Shown here piece by piece: positions 9,551 through 19,660 of a stretch of 64,000 bases of DNA. The position numbers and the translations under genes were made by a program. The notes below the pieces were generated by a model. The model was given only the letters and a program-made list of their open reading frames with translations. It did not search any database and was not told where the DNA came from. Numbering within the stretch: position 1 is the first letter of the stretch; every line of letters begins with the position of its first letter. The stretch is from assembly GCA_002503285.1 (NCBI GenBank), contig DARI01000010.1, positions 21,081-85,080 of the forward strand, given 5' to 3'. This DNA comes from Euryarchaeota archaeon UBA557 (GTDB lineage Archaea; Thermoplasmatota; Poseidoniia; Poseidoniales; Thalassarchaeaceae).

Positions 9551-11677
9551 ATGAAAGGAGAGAAGATTCCGGTGATGGAAAATAATCTCAAAAATTTAGA
9601 AGAAGATTCTTTAGATAAAGAATTGGATAAAATAAGAAAGAGGAGATTAAATGCCGACAAAACATTTCTTGTTAATACGATAATTCCTAGAAAAAGTGAT
9701 GACTATACATTGATTTTTGGAGTAGTATGTGGTGCAATATTCTTTGGAGGGATATTCATAACCTCTTCAGGCTTAATAACTCCAGATTCAATCATGGTCG
9801 ATAATAGAATATCAGGGACTTTCTTGGACTCAGAGGACTGTACTGATAGAAGATATGAAGTATACTTTGACATATTTGCAATTGATGAAAATATAAGAAT
9901 TAAAAGTCACCATGTAAATGAAGAATTAACCTCAATTATGATAGTAAATTTTTCAAGTAAGGACGATATAAATAATACATTACAATATGTTTTCGGGGGC
10001 ATAGGCGACCTAGAGAATACATTTGATTCTGAAGATATAAATGATGGTCATTATGAGATAATTGTCAATATTTATATCTATGATGAAGAAGTAAATCTAT
10101 CACATTTATCGAAAGATATTTTATTAAAATACATTGAAAATGGTACTTATATTGATAATATTAGTAAAGATGTCGAACTACATATGGAAAGTAGAGTCAC
10201 TAATGAAATTCCCATTCTTAAAATCATAAGTTTTGGAAATTGGGGGAATTCTGAACTTCAAAAAATTCCAGAAATAAGTGATGAGGAGCCTCGGGCATGT
10301 ATGTCAATACAAGAATTGGGCATTTGGGGCTGGGCATTAATGGGATTAGAATGGGCTGGAGGAAGGGAGACGGCGATGTTGACTGGCGGTAGTGCAGGAG
10401 TCCCCCCTTGGTGGCTAGCTTCGGTATCACTTGGGATGTCAATATTCTTTTTATGCGTTCAATATCCGTTAATGCATAGGTTATACCATAGAGAAGTTGA
10501 TGATTTATTATCAACAAAGCAAATGAAAAGGATGTTACAAAAGGTTTTACAAAAATCTTCTAATGAATTAAGAATTGACTTTGATTTAAATAATTTTAAA
10601 ATACAAGATAGGTCACTTTCAGTAGATGCATTAGTGCATTACAAAACTACAAGCATGACAATAGCAAGTCCAATGGAAGTAAAGACTAGGATGATTACAG
10701 ATATTTTAGAAGAGTTTGCAATATTTGGAGAAATGAGGCCGATTCAATTGAAATCACTGTGTACGGACACAAAAGATTCAAAAGTTTCCAATATAATAAT
10801 TAATTCTCAACTAATATATGATGATTTTGGCCAAATACCTTTATCTGAAGATTACTCAGAATTCTTTGGATCGATAAGTAAATTCGGCAAGCTAGAGGAA
10901 GAATTTAGGGGCGTGATGAAAAAATGGTTTAGACAAAATCATCTTGTAGATTATGGATCGGCAATAATGTCTGATGAAGATTCCGTATTTGTCAGAGTAA
11001 TCTATCAACCTGCGCAAAGATTTGCTTACTTTTCATTCAAATCCAACTATAATGAATTACAAAATAATCTTGAAAGTAACTTAAAAAATAAATTGAAAGA
11101 TCACATGGGCAATAGGACATTAATAGTGAGTGCAAGAAATGAGAAATCAACACTAGCTGACTATGCGAATCCTGGAAGAGTTGAGCAAGGAACAGATGAA
11201 TTAACGGGAGAAGCGATGGTTGCCAAGAGAGGAGGTATCCCTGGAGCATTGTTGCAAAATCCATTCATGGGAGACATTCTTTCTTCTGTTGAATATGTAG
11301 CACTAAAGAACCGTAAGAGAATTGATAAATATGGGTTTTGGGGGCTTATAGTATTCGTTTGGATACCATTCATGGCCAGTGGAGTTTTAGTTGGTGCAAT
11401 GTTAGGATTGGTAGCAAGAATGAGATTTGAGCGAGTTTTGGCTGCTTGCCTTCTCGGAGGATCGGCGGCATCAATAACTTGGGCATATAGTGCAAAGGGG
11501 ATAATAGAATTCATGGAAAAATATCATGCTGAAGCATTTATACCATTCCTGATATTCCTAGTTTTTGCATTTACAATAATTCACCTTAGAAATAATAAAA
11601 GACGAAGAAGAGAGGAATTATTTAGAGATTCAATGGCATTTTTCTCTGGTTCATATTCAACCATAGGCAAGCAATAA
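9551..11677 (+). CDS. Hypothetical multi-domain membrane protein (about 708 aa)
   Basis: Long ORF (ATG 9551; TTG 9545 is also possible). It has one N-terminal TM, an extracytoplasmic domain, a TM pair, a soluble domain of about 270 aa and a C-terminal 3-TM region (FVWIPFMASGVLVGAMLGLV). The C-terminal region weakly recalls COG2426 'small multidrug export'-like membrane domains. Confidence 0.6.
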   Translation: MKGEKIPVMENNLKNLEEDSLDKELDKIRKRRLNADKTFLVNTIIPRKSDDYTLIFGVVCGAIFFGGIFITSSGLITPDSIMVDNRISGTFLDSEDCTDRRYEVYFDIFAIDENIRIKSHHVNEELTSIMIVNFSSKDDINNTLQYVFGGIGDLENTFDSEDINDGHYEIIVNIYIYDEEVNLSHLSKDILLKYIENGTYIDNISKDVELHMESRVTNEIPILKIISFGNWGNSELQKIPEISDEEPRACMSIQELGIWGWALMGLEWAGGRETAMLTGGSAGVPPWWLASVSLGMSIFFLCVQYPLMHRLYHREVDDLLSTKQMKRMLQKVLQKSSNELRIDFDLNNFKIQDRSLSVDALVHYKTTSMTIASPMEVKTRMITDILEEFAIFGEMRPIQLKSLCTDTKDSKVSNIIINSQLIYDDFGQIPLSEDYSEFFGSISKFGKLEEEFRGVMKKWFRQNHLVDYGSAIMSDEDSVFVRVIYQPAQRFAYFSFKSNYNELQNNLESNLKNKLKDHMGNRTLIVSARNEKSTLADYANPGRVEQGTDELTGEAMVAKRGGIPGALLQNPFMGDILSSVEYVALKNRKRIDKYGFWGLIVFVWIPFMASGVLVGAMLGLVARMRFERVLAACLLGGSAASITWAYSAKGIIEFMEKYHAEAFIPFLIFLVFAFTIIHLRNNKRRRREELFRDSMAFFSGSYSTIGKQ

Positions 11678-11755
11678 TAATTATAAAAAATAGACTATAT
11701 TAATAAAATAAATATTTTTGAGAATATTAGAAATCCCTAACAATGAGGAAAAAAA

Positions 11756-12535
11756 ATGAGAATTGTGACATGGAATTTGAATGGCATAAGGGCTGCTCAT
11801 CGTAAAGGGCTTGATGGTTTCATAGAGAAGATTGATAGTGATATTTGGCTATTTCAAGAAGTTAGAGCATTGCCTGAACAAATGCCTGATAATTGGAATC
11901 CTCCAGAAAAACATGAAATAATTTGGCATCCTGCTCAAAAAAAGGGATATTCAGGAGTTTCAACTTGGTCAAGAATAGGAATTTCAGATGAGGGACGTGG
12001 AATAAAAACTAATGTAGATCCTGATGATTCAGAAGGAAGAGTGCTGCACACAAAACATGGTAACTTACATTGTATCAATATATATCTTCCCAATGGTGGC
12101 GCCAATATTGAAAGGCAAAAATTCAAGGATAAATGGTTAGAAGATTTACTTATTTGGGCTAAAAAATTTGTAAATATTAAAGATCCAGTACTTATATGTG
12201 GTGATCTCAATATCGCACATACGGAAAATGATATTTGGAATCCCTCTGGAAATAAAAATACATCAGGATTTCTAATGCATGAGAGAGAATGGTTTACTAG
12301 ATTTCTATCCTCTGGTTGGCATGATTTGTTAAGAATCAAATTTGATAAAATAAAAGGACCTTATTCTTGGTGGTCTAACCGTGGACAAGCAAGAGCATTA
12401 AACAGAGGTTGGCGAATTGATTACGTACTTGCTAATACGGCGGCCCTTGAAATTTTTGAAGATATAGAAATATTAAGAGAGGGTGGTTTGATAGTCTCTG
12501 ATCATGCTCCACTAATTGTGGATTTAAGATTATAA
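11756..12535 (+). CDS. xthA: Exodeoxyribonuclease III / AP endonuclease
   Basis: MRIVTWNLNGIRAA…, LFQEV, …GDLNIAHT…, C-terminal SDHAPL; a typical EEP-family Xth. Confidence 0.9.
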   Translation: MRIVTWNLNGIRAAHRKGLDGFIEKIDSDIWLFQEVRALPEQMPDNWNPPEKHEIIWHPAQKKGYSGVSTWSRIGISDEGRGIKTNVDPDDSEGRVLHTKHGNLHCINIYLPNGGANIERQKFKDKWLEDLLIWAKKFVNIKDPVLICGDLNIAHTENDIWNPSGNKNTSGFLMHEREWFTRFLSSGWHDLLRIKFDKIKGPYSWWSNRGQARALNRGWRIDYVLANTAALEIFEDIEILREGGLIVSDHAPLIVDLRL

Positions 12536-12602
12536 AAATATTGAATAATAAAAATTAAATCTAAAAACGATACTTTTCAAGAAGGAACCCTTTCCACCGG
12601 TT

Positions 12603-13397
12603 ATGATGAAGGGGCTCGAAGCACGTCTGGAACAAATTTTACCAGGTGGAAAGGGAGTTTGGATTCCAATGGACCACGGAATTTCCAATTATCCCGAAGT
12701 AGGACTAGAAAATATTAATTCTACAATAAAAAAATTAATTGATAGTGGTGTTGATGCAATAGTCCTTCACAAAGGCGTATTAAGTCATCAGAAAAAAATG
12801 ACCGAATGGGATGGTTTCATTTGTCATGTATCTGCATCAACCGTGCATGGAGGCAGTAGATCTGGAGAAAAGGTAAGTATTGCAACCGCAGAAGAATGTT
12901 TGGACAGAGGTGCAATTGCTGTTTCTGGACAAATAAATATCGGAGACCCTTCTGAGCCAGATATGATATTAGAGATGGGAGATTTGACAACTGATGCTTG
13001 GGCTCTTGGAATGCCGGTACTGGGAATGATGTATCCGAGAGGAATTAATATGAAAATTAGTACTGATGATTCAACAAATGGCGTCGCACATGCTGCAAGA
13101 TTAGCGTGGGAAATAGGTTGTAATGTTGTAAAAGTCCCTTGGACCGGTTCAATAGATTCATTTCGAAATGTGATAAACTCAGTACCAATACCAGTTTTAA
13201 TTGCCGGAGGAATAAACGAGTCATCCTTTGGAGAATTATTAAAAATAGTAGAAAAATCAATACAAGCCGGTGGAAGTGGAGTTTGCATAGGTAGACAAGT
13301 ATTTGGATCAGAAAACCCTGAATTATGCATTAAGGCACTTAAGGCGATAGTACATGAAGGAATTAGCGCTAAAGATGCAACTAAATTTTTAAAGTAG
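12603..13397 (+). CDS. aroA': 2-amino-3,7-dideoxy-D-threo-hept-6-ulosonate synthase (ADH synthase; DhnA-type class I aldolase)
   Basis: DhnA-family aldolase features (IPMDHG, VLHKG, VKVPWTG, IAGG). It sits directly upstream of DHQ synthase II and is coupled to it (stop/start share 1 nt). Confidence 0.75.
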   Translation: MMKGLEARLEQILPGGKGVWIPMDHGISNYPEVGLENINSTIKKLIDSGVDAIVLHKGVLSHQKKMTEWDGFICHVSASTVHGGSRSGEKVSIATAEECLDRGAIAVSGQINIGDPSEPDMILEMGDLTTDAWALGMPVLGMMYPRGINMKISTDDSTNGVAHAARLAWEIGCNVVKVPWTGSIDSFRNVINSVPIPVLIAGGINESSFGELLKIVEKSIQAGGSGVCIGRQVFGSENPELCIKALKAIVHEGISAKDATKFLK

Positions 13398-14350
13398 TGG
13401 AAAATATGGAGTTGTGGATTGATGATATAAACTCTAACTCTGGCGAGTTAGGCAATCATGCTGACCGTTTATGGAGAGGAGATGCCCCTGATGTTGCAGA
13501 AATTGATTTAAGTAATTATAAATCTCAAGAAGAAGCAATTTCAATGATAGGGATTGTACCGTGGATATTGATTAAATGTAAAAATTGGAAAATGATACCA
13601 TTGGAGAATTTAATTTCAAAATCTTTAGGCTCAGGCACTAAGATAGTAGTTTCCATTAGTGATGAAATAGATGTATTAGGAGTGTCCTTCGCACTTCAAC
13701 ATGGAGTTGATGCATTATTACTGCCCCCAATAAAAGAAATTTGGGATAGGGCTTTAAAAGTTAATGAAAGTAAAAAAAATATAAAATTTTTAGAGAAAGA
13801 AGTCATTTCAAAATTATCATGTGCCAAGGTAACTTCAATCGAGTCCGGAGGATTTGGAGAAAGAGTTTGTATTGACTTGATAGAAAGATTAGCTGTTGGA
13901 GAAGGAATGTTAATTGGTTCTGTATCTGAAATTCTCTGCTTAGTACATGGAGAGACCATTCCTTCTGAATATGTCCCGTCTAGGCCATTTAGAGTAAATG
14001 CAGGTCCTGTTCATTCATATATTTTAATGGCAGATGGTAAGACAAAATATCTGAATGAATTAGAAGCGGGTAATCAAGTTGCGATAATAAATTCAAAGGG
14101 AGATGAAAGATCTGCATCGATAGGTAGGATCAAAATTGAAAGGCGGCCATTCCTTAAAATTGTATATAAATATGATGAAATTCTCGGTAATTTAATAACT
14201 CAACAAGCAGAAACTGTTAGGATTGTGACCAATTTAAATCATATCAAATCTGTGACTGAACTAGTAATTGGAGATGAATTATTGGTACGTATAGACTCAA
14301 GAATGAGGCATATTGGTAATCCGTTGATAGGAGATATAAGAGAAATATGA
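13397..14350 (+). CDS. aroB': 3-dehydroquinate synthase II (archaeal type)
   Basis: RPFRVNAGPVHSYILMADGKTKYLNELEAGNQV and GRIKIERRPFLKI match the DHQS-II family. The start is GTG 13397 or ATG 13406. Confidence 0.85.
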   Translation: MENMELWIDDINSNSGELGNHADRLWRGDAPDVAEIDLSNYKSQEEAISMIGIVPWILIKCKNWKMIPLENLISKSLGSGTKIVVSISDEIDVLGVSFALQHGVDALLLPPIKEIWDRALKVNESKKNIKFLEKEVISKLSCAKVTSIESGGFGERVCIDLIERLAVGEGMLIGSVSEILCLVHGETIPSEYVPSRPFRVNAGPVHSYILMADGKTKYLNELEAGNQVAIINSKGDERSASIGRIKIERRPFLKIVYKYDEILGNLITQQAETVRIVTNLNHIKSVTELVIGDELLVRIDSRMRHIGNPLIGDIREI

Positions 14351-15183
14351 AGTCTTTGGGGGCCGGAGAATCTAATGGAGGAATATCCATATTACACGCA
14401 CTAGGTACTGGCAAGGGCTGTTCAATAGGAGTAGAACTTTGTACTAAAGTAGAAATAATGGATGAAAAAATAATCAATACTGAAGATAAACATGGGCTTC
14501 TTGAATCCATAATATCTTGTTGGAAAGATGCCGGATTGCCTGTTCCCGATAAATTTGGTTGGAAGATATCTACTAATATTCCAATTGGCCAAGGATTAAA
14601 ATCCAGTTCGGCACTAGCTTGCGCTGCATTAAAGGCTTTAAATTCCACATTTATGACAAATTTAGATGATTATCAAATAATAGATTTAGCAGTAGAAGCG
14701 CAGATTCGTTCTAATTGCACAATAAGTGGAAGTATTGACGATACATGGGCATCCATAAGTACTGGATGGAAATTAATAGACTCTTCAAAAAAAGCCTCAA
14801 ATTCTATATCCCTCCAGGGCGATATAGAAGATGGTTTTTCCATCATAATTTGTACAAGAGGTGCAAGAAATGTGACAATAAAATCATTTTTATTTCAAGA
14901 TTATCAATCATTATTTAAAAAATCATCATTGATGATTGAAAGAAGAGAAATATTCGAAGCTATGACGACCAATGGCGTGGCAGTTGCTGGAGTTACAAAT
15001 GATCATGATGCAATTAGAATATGTAATTTAGCAATAATTAATGGTGCAGTATCGGCTGGGATTTCTGGCTCTGGACCTGCAATTGCAATAATTTGTTATA
15101 ATGAAGATGTTGATAAAATTGAAAAAATATTAACGTCTGAAAAAAGAGAGATAATTAAAACAAAATTTTTAACAAAATTATAG
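14347..15183 (+). CDS. aroK: Archaeal GHMP-type shikimate kinase
   Basis: GHMP motif PIGQGLKSSSALACAA and C-terminal GISGSGPAIA. ATGA overlap with aroB'. Confidence 0.8.
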   Translation: MKSLGAGESNGGISILHALGTGKGCSIGVELCTKVEIMDEKIINTEDKHGLLESIISCWKDAGLPVPDKFGWKISTNIPIGQGLKSSSALACAALKALNSTFMTNLDDYQIIDLAVEAQIRSNCTISGSIDDTWASISTGWKLIDSSKKASNSISLQGDIEDGFSIIICTRGARNVTIKSFLFQDYQSLFKKSSLMIERREIFEAMTTNGVAVAGVTNDHDAIRICNLAIINGAVSAGISGSGPAIAIICYNEDVDKIEKILTSEKREIIKTKFLTKL

Positions 15184-15199
15184 AAATGGGTGGCATAAT

Positions 15200-16300
15200 A
15201 TGGGAATGACATTAGGTGAAAACTTACAAGTAACTCTATTTGGAGAAAGTCATGGTTTATGCGTTGGCGCATTAATAGAAGGAATGCCTGCAGGAATTCA
15301 AATTGACAAAGAATCTCTATTGAAAGATATCGCTAAGAGAAAACCTGGAAGAAGAGGATTATCAACAAGAAAAGAAATGGATAAGTGTGAAATTCTATCT
15401 GGAGTTCACAATGATTTAACTACGGGATGGCCCATATTATTATTAACAAAAAATTCAGATGTAAAATCATCGGATTATGCATTCTTACCTGATCAGCCCA
15501 GACCTGGTCATGCCGATATGGTTGAAAATGTTCGAACAAATGGTGCAAATGACCCTAGGGGAGGAGGATCACAATCTGCACGTCTAACTTTTGGATTAGT
15601 AGCTGCAGGTAGTCAAATTAGAAAAATAATTGATGAAAAAGGTTGGAAATGCACTGCCCATTTACATAAAGTAGGTAATATTACTTCTAAAGCACTTTTT
15701 GAACTAGATAGAGTTACGGCGTTAGATCCTAAAACTGATATGGGGAGACTGAATTGTAGAGATTCCGATGCTGCAACATTGATGTCAGACTATATCGAAG
15801 ATGTTAGAATGGATAGAGATTCAATAGGATCAGTTGTAGAGTTATTGATAGAGGGATTACCAATTGGCCTGGGAGAACCTTGGTTTGATGGACTTGAACC
15901 TGCATTGGCCAGAGGATTAATGGCAATACCAGGCGCAAGAGCAGTAGAGTTTTCTCAGGGAGTTATGGCTTCGACGATGCGTGGTTCTGAACACAATGAT
16001 TCATGGGTTTATGAAAATAATATGCCTAAATTAGAAGCAGCCATCAGAGGGGATGCTGATGGTGCACTTGGAGGACGTTCGACTGGAGCGGCCCTAAGTG
16101 TAAGAATACATTTCAAGCCACCCAGTAGCATTCCAAGAGAACAATTCACACTACATCTACCAAGTAAAGAAGTTCGATCCTTGACGGTCGGAGGTAGGCA
16201 TGATCCAATTCTTGGACCCAGGGCTGCACCTGTTGTAGAATCTGTAGCCATGATAGTGATTGCTGATTTGGGAATTATTGGAAAATACATACAAACATAA
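15200..16300 (+). CDS. aroC: Chorismate synthase
   Basis: LQVTLFGESHG, RPGHAD, GGRHDP signature motifs. Confidence 0.9.
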   Translation: MGMTLGENLQVTLFGESHGLCVGALIEGMPAGIQIDKESLLKDIAKRKPGRRGLSTRKEMDKCEILSGVHNDLTTGWPILLLTKNSDVKSSDYAFLPDQPRPGHADMVENVRTNGANDPRGGGSQSARLTFGLVAAGSQIRKIIDEKGWKCTAHLHKVGNITSKALFELDRVTALDPKTDMGRLNCRDSDAATLMSDYIEDVRMDRDSIGSVVELLIEGLPIGLGEPWFDGLEPALARGLMAIPGARAVEFSQGVMASTMRGSEHNDSWVYENNMPKLEAAIRGDADGALGGRSTGAALSVRIHFKPPSSIPREQFTLHLPSKEVRSLTVGGRHDPILGPRAAPVVESVAMIVIADLGIIGKYIQT

Positions 16301-17227
16301 TCATGATTGTTTATCTCTAAATTGTTGGATTCTGAGAGGTAAATTTACAGCAAATGCACCACCTATAATTGTAAATATCACTATAGTTCCTAATGCTACC
16401 CCATATACACTAGTTAATTCCACGCTTTCCCTTAGCCTATCTGCCGAAACTGGATTAATTATTGAGACCATTGCAGGTATTATTCTATTGATAAATAGTG
16501 TCAATAATGCAACAAATCCCGCTATAGATGGCGCTATTAACAAAGATCTATGATACCTTGAGGTAATCTTTTGAATACCCATAACATATACTTCTCCTGT
16601 TCGAATTGAAGTATCTAACATTGAGAATCTAATAATTCCGCTAGAGAGTTCCATGTACATGACTAAAAATATTGCATAAAGAATTAAGAGCAATTTTTGT
16701 GCTATTTCTCCTTCGGGGAGGAAACTCAAGCCAAACTCTACTTTACTACCTGCGAATCTTATAGTTACAATAATTAACATTATGTAAGAAACTAACAATG
16801 CTTTTTGATCTCTTTGGAAAACACCATACATCCCTCCAATAAGTCCAATTCCTATTATGATAAAATGAAATAGCCCCCCGATAAAGCCAATTCCAATCAT
16901 ATTAGATAAGGCAAACCATGCAGTTCCAGTTACTGGAGTTATCATAAATGTTAAGAAGCACAATAAAACCAATGTTATAGATGAAGATAGTTGAAGTGAA
17001 GTAACCATTCTATCAGGTGGTAAAAATTTCATCTTACTGATTACTGGGCCTCCAAAAATAGATTCGACCCATCCGGGGATATGTACTTCAGGAATGGCAT
17101 CGAGTGGAATTTCAGTATTCTGTTTAAGTTTACCAGCTGCTGCTTTCCTACTTGGTGCAGATGATCTCATAGTTTTGCTATCATATAGGTGCGCAGTAGC
17201 ATTTAGTTTGGCTTGATCATCAACCAT
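16301..17227 (-). CDS. Polytopic membrane protein, last gene of the MoxR operon
   Basis: 308-aa ORF with at least 6 hydrophobic segments, 9 nt downstream of the DUF58 gene. Its stop abuts the aroC stop with no spacer. Confidence 0.6.
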   Translation of the reverse strand: MVDDQAKLNATAHLYDSKTMRSSAPSRKAAAGKLKQNTEIPLDAIPEVHIPGWVESIFGGPVISKMKFLPPDRMVTSLQLSSSITLVLLCFLTFMITPVTGTAWFALSNMIGIGFIGGLFHFIIIGIGLIGGMYGVFQRDQKALLVSYIMLIIVTIRFAGSKVEFGLSFLPEGEIAQKLLLILYAIFLVMYMELSSGIIRFSMLDTSIRTGEVYVMGIQKITSRYHRSLLIAPSIAGFVALLTLFINRIIPAMVSIINPVSADRLRESVELTSVYGVALGTIVIFTIIGGAFAVNLPLRIQQFRDKQS

Positions 17228-17236
17228 AATCTCACC

Positions 17237-18565
17237 TCAAAATCCTCTTGCCCCAGATAGTGCCGTATTCAGCATCATATCGGGCTCCCAATCCATGACA
17301 AATGCCCCTAATCCTCTTAATTCTGCCATTAATATGTCTCTTTCAGTTTTTAATACTTCATAACCGGTTCTATCTAATCTCCTAGCATCAAACTCAAATT
17401 CTAGACTACTTGGAGATAATATAGTTACATCAAAGTTTCTTGATCTTAAATCCCTAACTGCATCTACTATTGTAGGATCATCTTCAAGAGGAGTAAGAAT
17501 TATTATTGGACTTCCACGATTAATATGCGGCATTATCCTGTTGGTTACTATCTTCATAGGAGTATTGCCTTTAGCCATTGCTCCGGCTAATTTTGTTAGT
17601 AAGACATATAATTGTTTTTTACCCGTATCGCGATCGACGGAAGTTATCTCATCACCATATATCACAAGCCCCACAGAATCCCTTCTTGATAAGAAATGTT
17701 GCGATAAACTAGCTGCCGCTCTTGTACTATAAACTAAAGAATTTCTACTTACCGGCCCAGTTTCACTTATTTTCCTACTATCAACTATTAAAATAATATC
17801 ACTTACCGCATCTCTTTCGAACTCATTTACCATCATTTTACCATCTTGTCTAGCTGTTGCTTTCCAATTAACTTTCTTCATTGGATCTCCGGGAATATAT
17901 TCTCTCAGATTATAGAAATTAGATCCTTCACCAGGATTTCTAATATTTACTGCCCCAGTAAAAATTTTAGGTACACGACTTTTAATCATAGCATCTTTGA
18001 TATCTTCCATTTTTGGGAAAACTAGAAAATCCTCATACAAATGTATTTCTTTTTCATTGTGAAAAAGGCCGAATGCATCTTGAACTCTTACGCATACTGG
18101 CCCTATAGTATAAAATCCGCGTAATGGAGTTTCAATAGTATAGGATATTTCTGTCTCCCTTTGAGGACCTAATTCCATTAAAACATAATTTGCACCTTTC
18201 TTGATTCTCATAACCTCTGGGACTCTATCTCTAACTTCAAGAACTTTAGACGTATTAGACCTATTTTGAAGCCTAAGAGTTACATCTACTTCGCCATCTT
18301 CAAAAATCCTAGATGAAGAAACCTTTCGCATTGCAAGAATATTCTGTAATTCAATACCTTCATCATTTTGTAAATCATCTAATCGCCTACCTGATGAAGA
18401 AACATCAGCATGACTTGTCCTAAATGCAGCCCATGTCAAAAAAGAGAGTAAAACTACTGCAACAGTAACAAGTTGCTGATTTCTTAGAACTAGTCCTAAT
18501 AGATATAGAGCGACAGCTAACGATGCAAACATCGCAGATTTTCGACTCCATGCCATATATCTCAA
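17237..18565 (-). CDS. DUF58 family protein (vWA-like), N-terminal TM pair
   Basis: DUF58 hallmark LREYIPGDPMKKVNWKATARQDGKMMVNEFE followed by ILIVDSRK. Confidence 0.8.
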   Translation of the reverse strand: MRYMAWSRKSAMFASLAVALYLLGLVLRNQQLVTVAVVLLSFLTWAAFRTSHADVSSSGRRLDDLQNDEGIELQNILAMRKVSSSRIFEDGEVDVTLRLQNRSNTSKVLEVRDRVPEVMRIKKGANYVLMELGPQRETEISYTIETPLRGFYTIGPVCVRVQDAFGLFHNEKEIHLYEDFLVFPKMEDIKDAMIKSRVPKIFTGAVNIRNPGEGSNFYNLREYIPGDPMKKVNWKATARQDGKMMVNEFERDAVSDIILIVDSRKISETGPVSRNSLVYSTRAAASLSQHFLSRRDSVGLVIYGDEITSVDRDTGKKQLYVLLTKLAGAMAKGNTPMKIVTNRIMPHINRGSPIIILTPLEDDPTIVDAVRDLRSRNFDVTILSPSSLEFEFDARRLDRTGYEVLKTERDILMAELRGLGAFVMDWEPDMMLNTALSGARGF

Positions 18566-18579
18566 ACTCCGTTTGAATA

Positions 18580-19635
18580 TTAAACAGTTGGAACAGGTAC
18601 TGTTCTCAAGATTTCTTTAATTATATCTTCAGTACTTGCACCTTTTATTTGATGTTCGGGTTTCAATATTAACCGATGAGCAAGAGCCAAATTAGCTATT
18701 GATTTTACGTCATCAGGAGTAACGAAGTCACGACCGCGCATTGCAGCTGCTGCACGACTAGTTTTCAATAGTGCTTGAGAACCACGTGGTGATGAGCCAA
18801 CTAAAACTTGATTATGTTCACGAGTTTGAGTAACAATTTCTACCATATACATCCTAACAGCAGCATCTACATATACGTCTTCAATTGCATTTTGCATTGC
18901 CACTACTCTTGCGGGATCAGTAATAATATCAACTTCAACTGCATCTTTCTTTCTTTCAATACGGCGGCGCAATATCTCATCTTCATCAGACCTACTTGGG
19001 TATCCAACGCTCATCTTAAACATAAATCGATCAAGTTGAGCTTCTGGAAGTGGATAGGTACCTTCTTGCTCAACAGGATTCTGTGTCGCCATTGTAAGGA
19101 ATGGTGAGGGTAATTTGTGAGTAACTGTACCAATTGTAACCTGCTTTTCTTGCATGGCTTCAAGTAGAGCAGCTTGAGTCTTAGGAGGGGCACGATTTAT
19201 TTCATCAGAAAGTAAGAGATTACAGAATATAGGCCCTGGTTTAAATGTAAATTCTCCTTTCTTTGCATCGTATATATTCGTACCAGTAATATCTGCAGGA
19301 AGTAAATCTGGAGTAAATTGTACTCTCTTAAAATCACAACCAAGTGCATCGGCAAAGGTATTGGTCATCAGAGTCTTAGCCAGTCCTGGATAATCTTCAA
19401 ACAGAAGATTTCCATTTGATAAAATATTTACTAGTACGTTATCTATAACATGAGGTTTTCCAATAATTACTTTTTGGACTTCTAGGCCTATTGCTTGTGC
19501 AATAGCACCAACTGCTGTTAATTTTTCATTCATTTTATTGCCGCCTCGGGCTAATTCTGCCTTCTTAGCATAAGCTGCATCGGCATTATTTGAGGGCGGT
19601 GCTGAGGGTGCATTTACAGGTGGGTTTGCATTCAT
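18580..19635 (-). CDS. moxR: MoxR-family AAA+ ATPase
   Basis: LLFEDYPGLAKT (Walker A variant), RVQFTPDLLPADITGT, LLSDEINRAPPKTQAALLEAMQE; a canonical MoxR. Confidence 0.9.
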   Translation of the reverse strand: MNANPPVNAPSAPPSNNADAAYAKKAELARGGNKMNEKLTAVGAIAQAIGLEVQKVIIGKPHVIDNVLVNILSNGNLLFEDYPGLAKTLMTNTFADALGCDFKRVQFTPDLLPADITGTNIYDAKKGEFTFKPGPIFCNLLLSDEINRAPPKTQAALLEAMQEKQVTIGTVTHKLPSPFLTMATQNPVEQEGTYPLPEAQLDRFMFKMSVGYPSRSDEDEILRRRIERKKDAVEVDIITDPARVVAMQNAIEDVYVDAAVRMYMVEIVTQTREHNQVLVGSSPRGSQALLKTSRAAAAMRGRDFVTPDDVKSIANLALAHRLILKPEHQIKGASTEDIIKEILRTVPVPTV

Positions 19636-19660
19636 ATTTATTTCTCCATTGTTTTTTTTA

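Noticed and set aside
16260-16553. 97-aa plus-strand ORF overlapping the aroC 3' end and running antisense to the membrane-protein gene.
   Set aside because: It is an overlap or shadow ORF. The minus-strand gene has consistent TM-helix periodicity and operon context.
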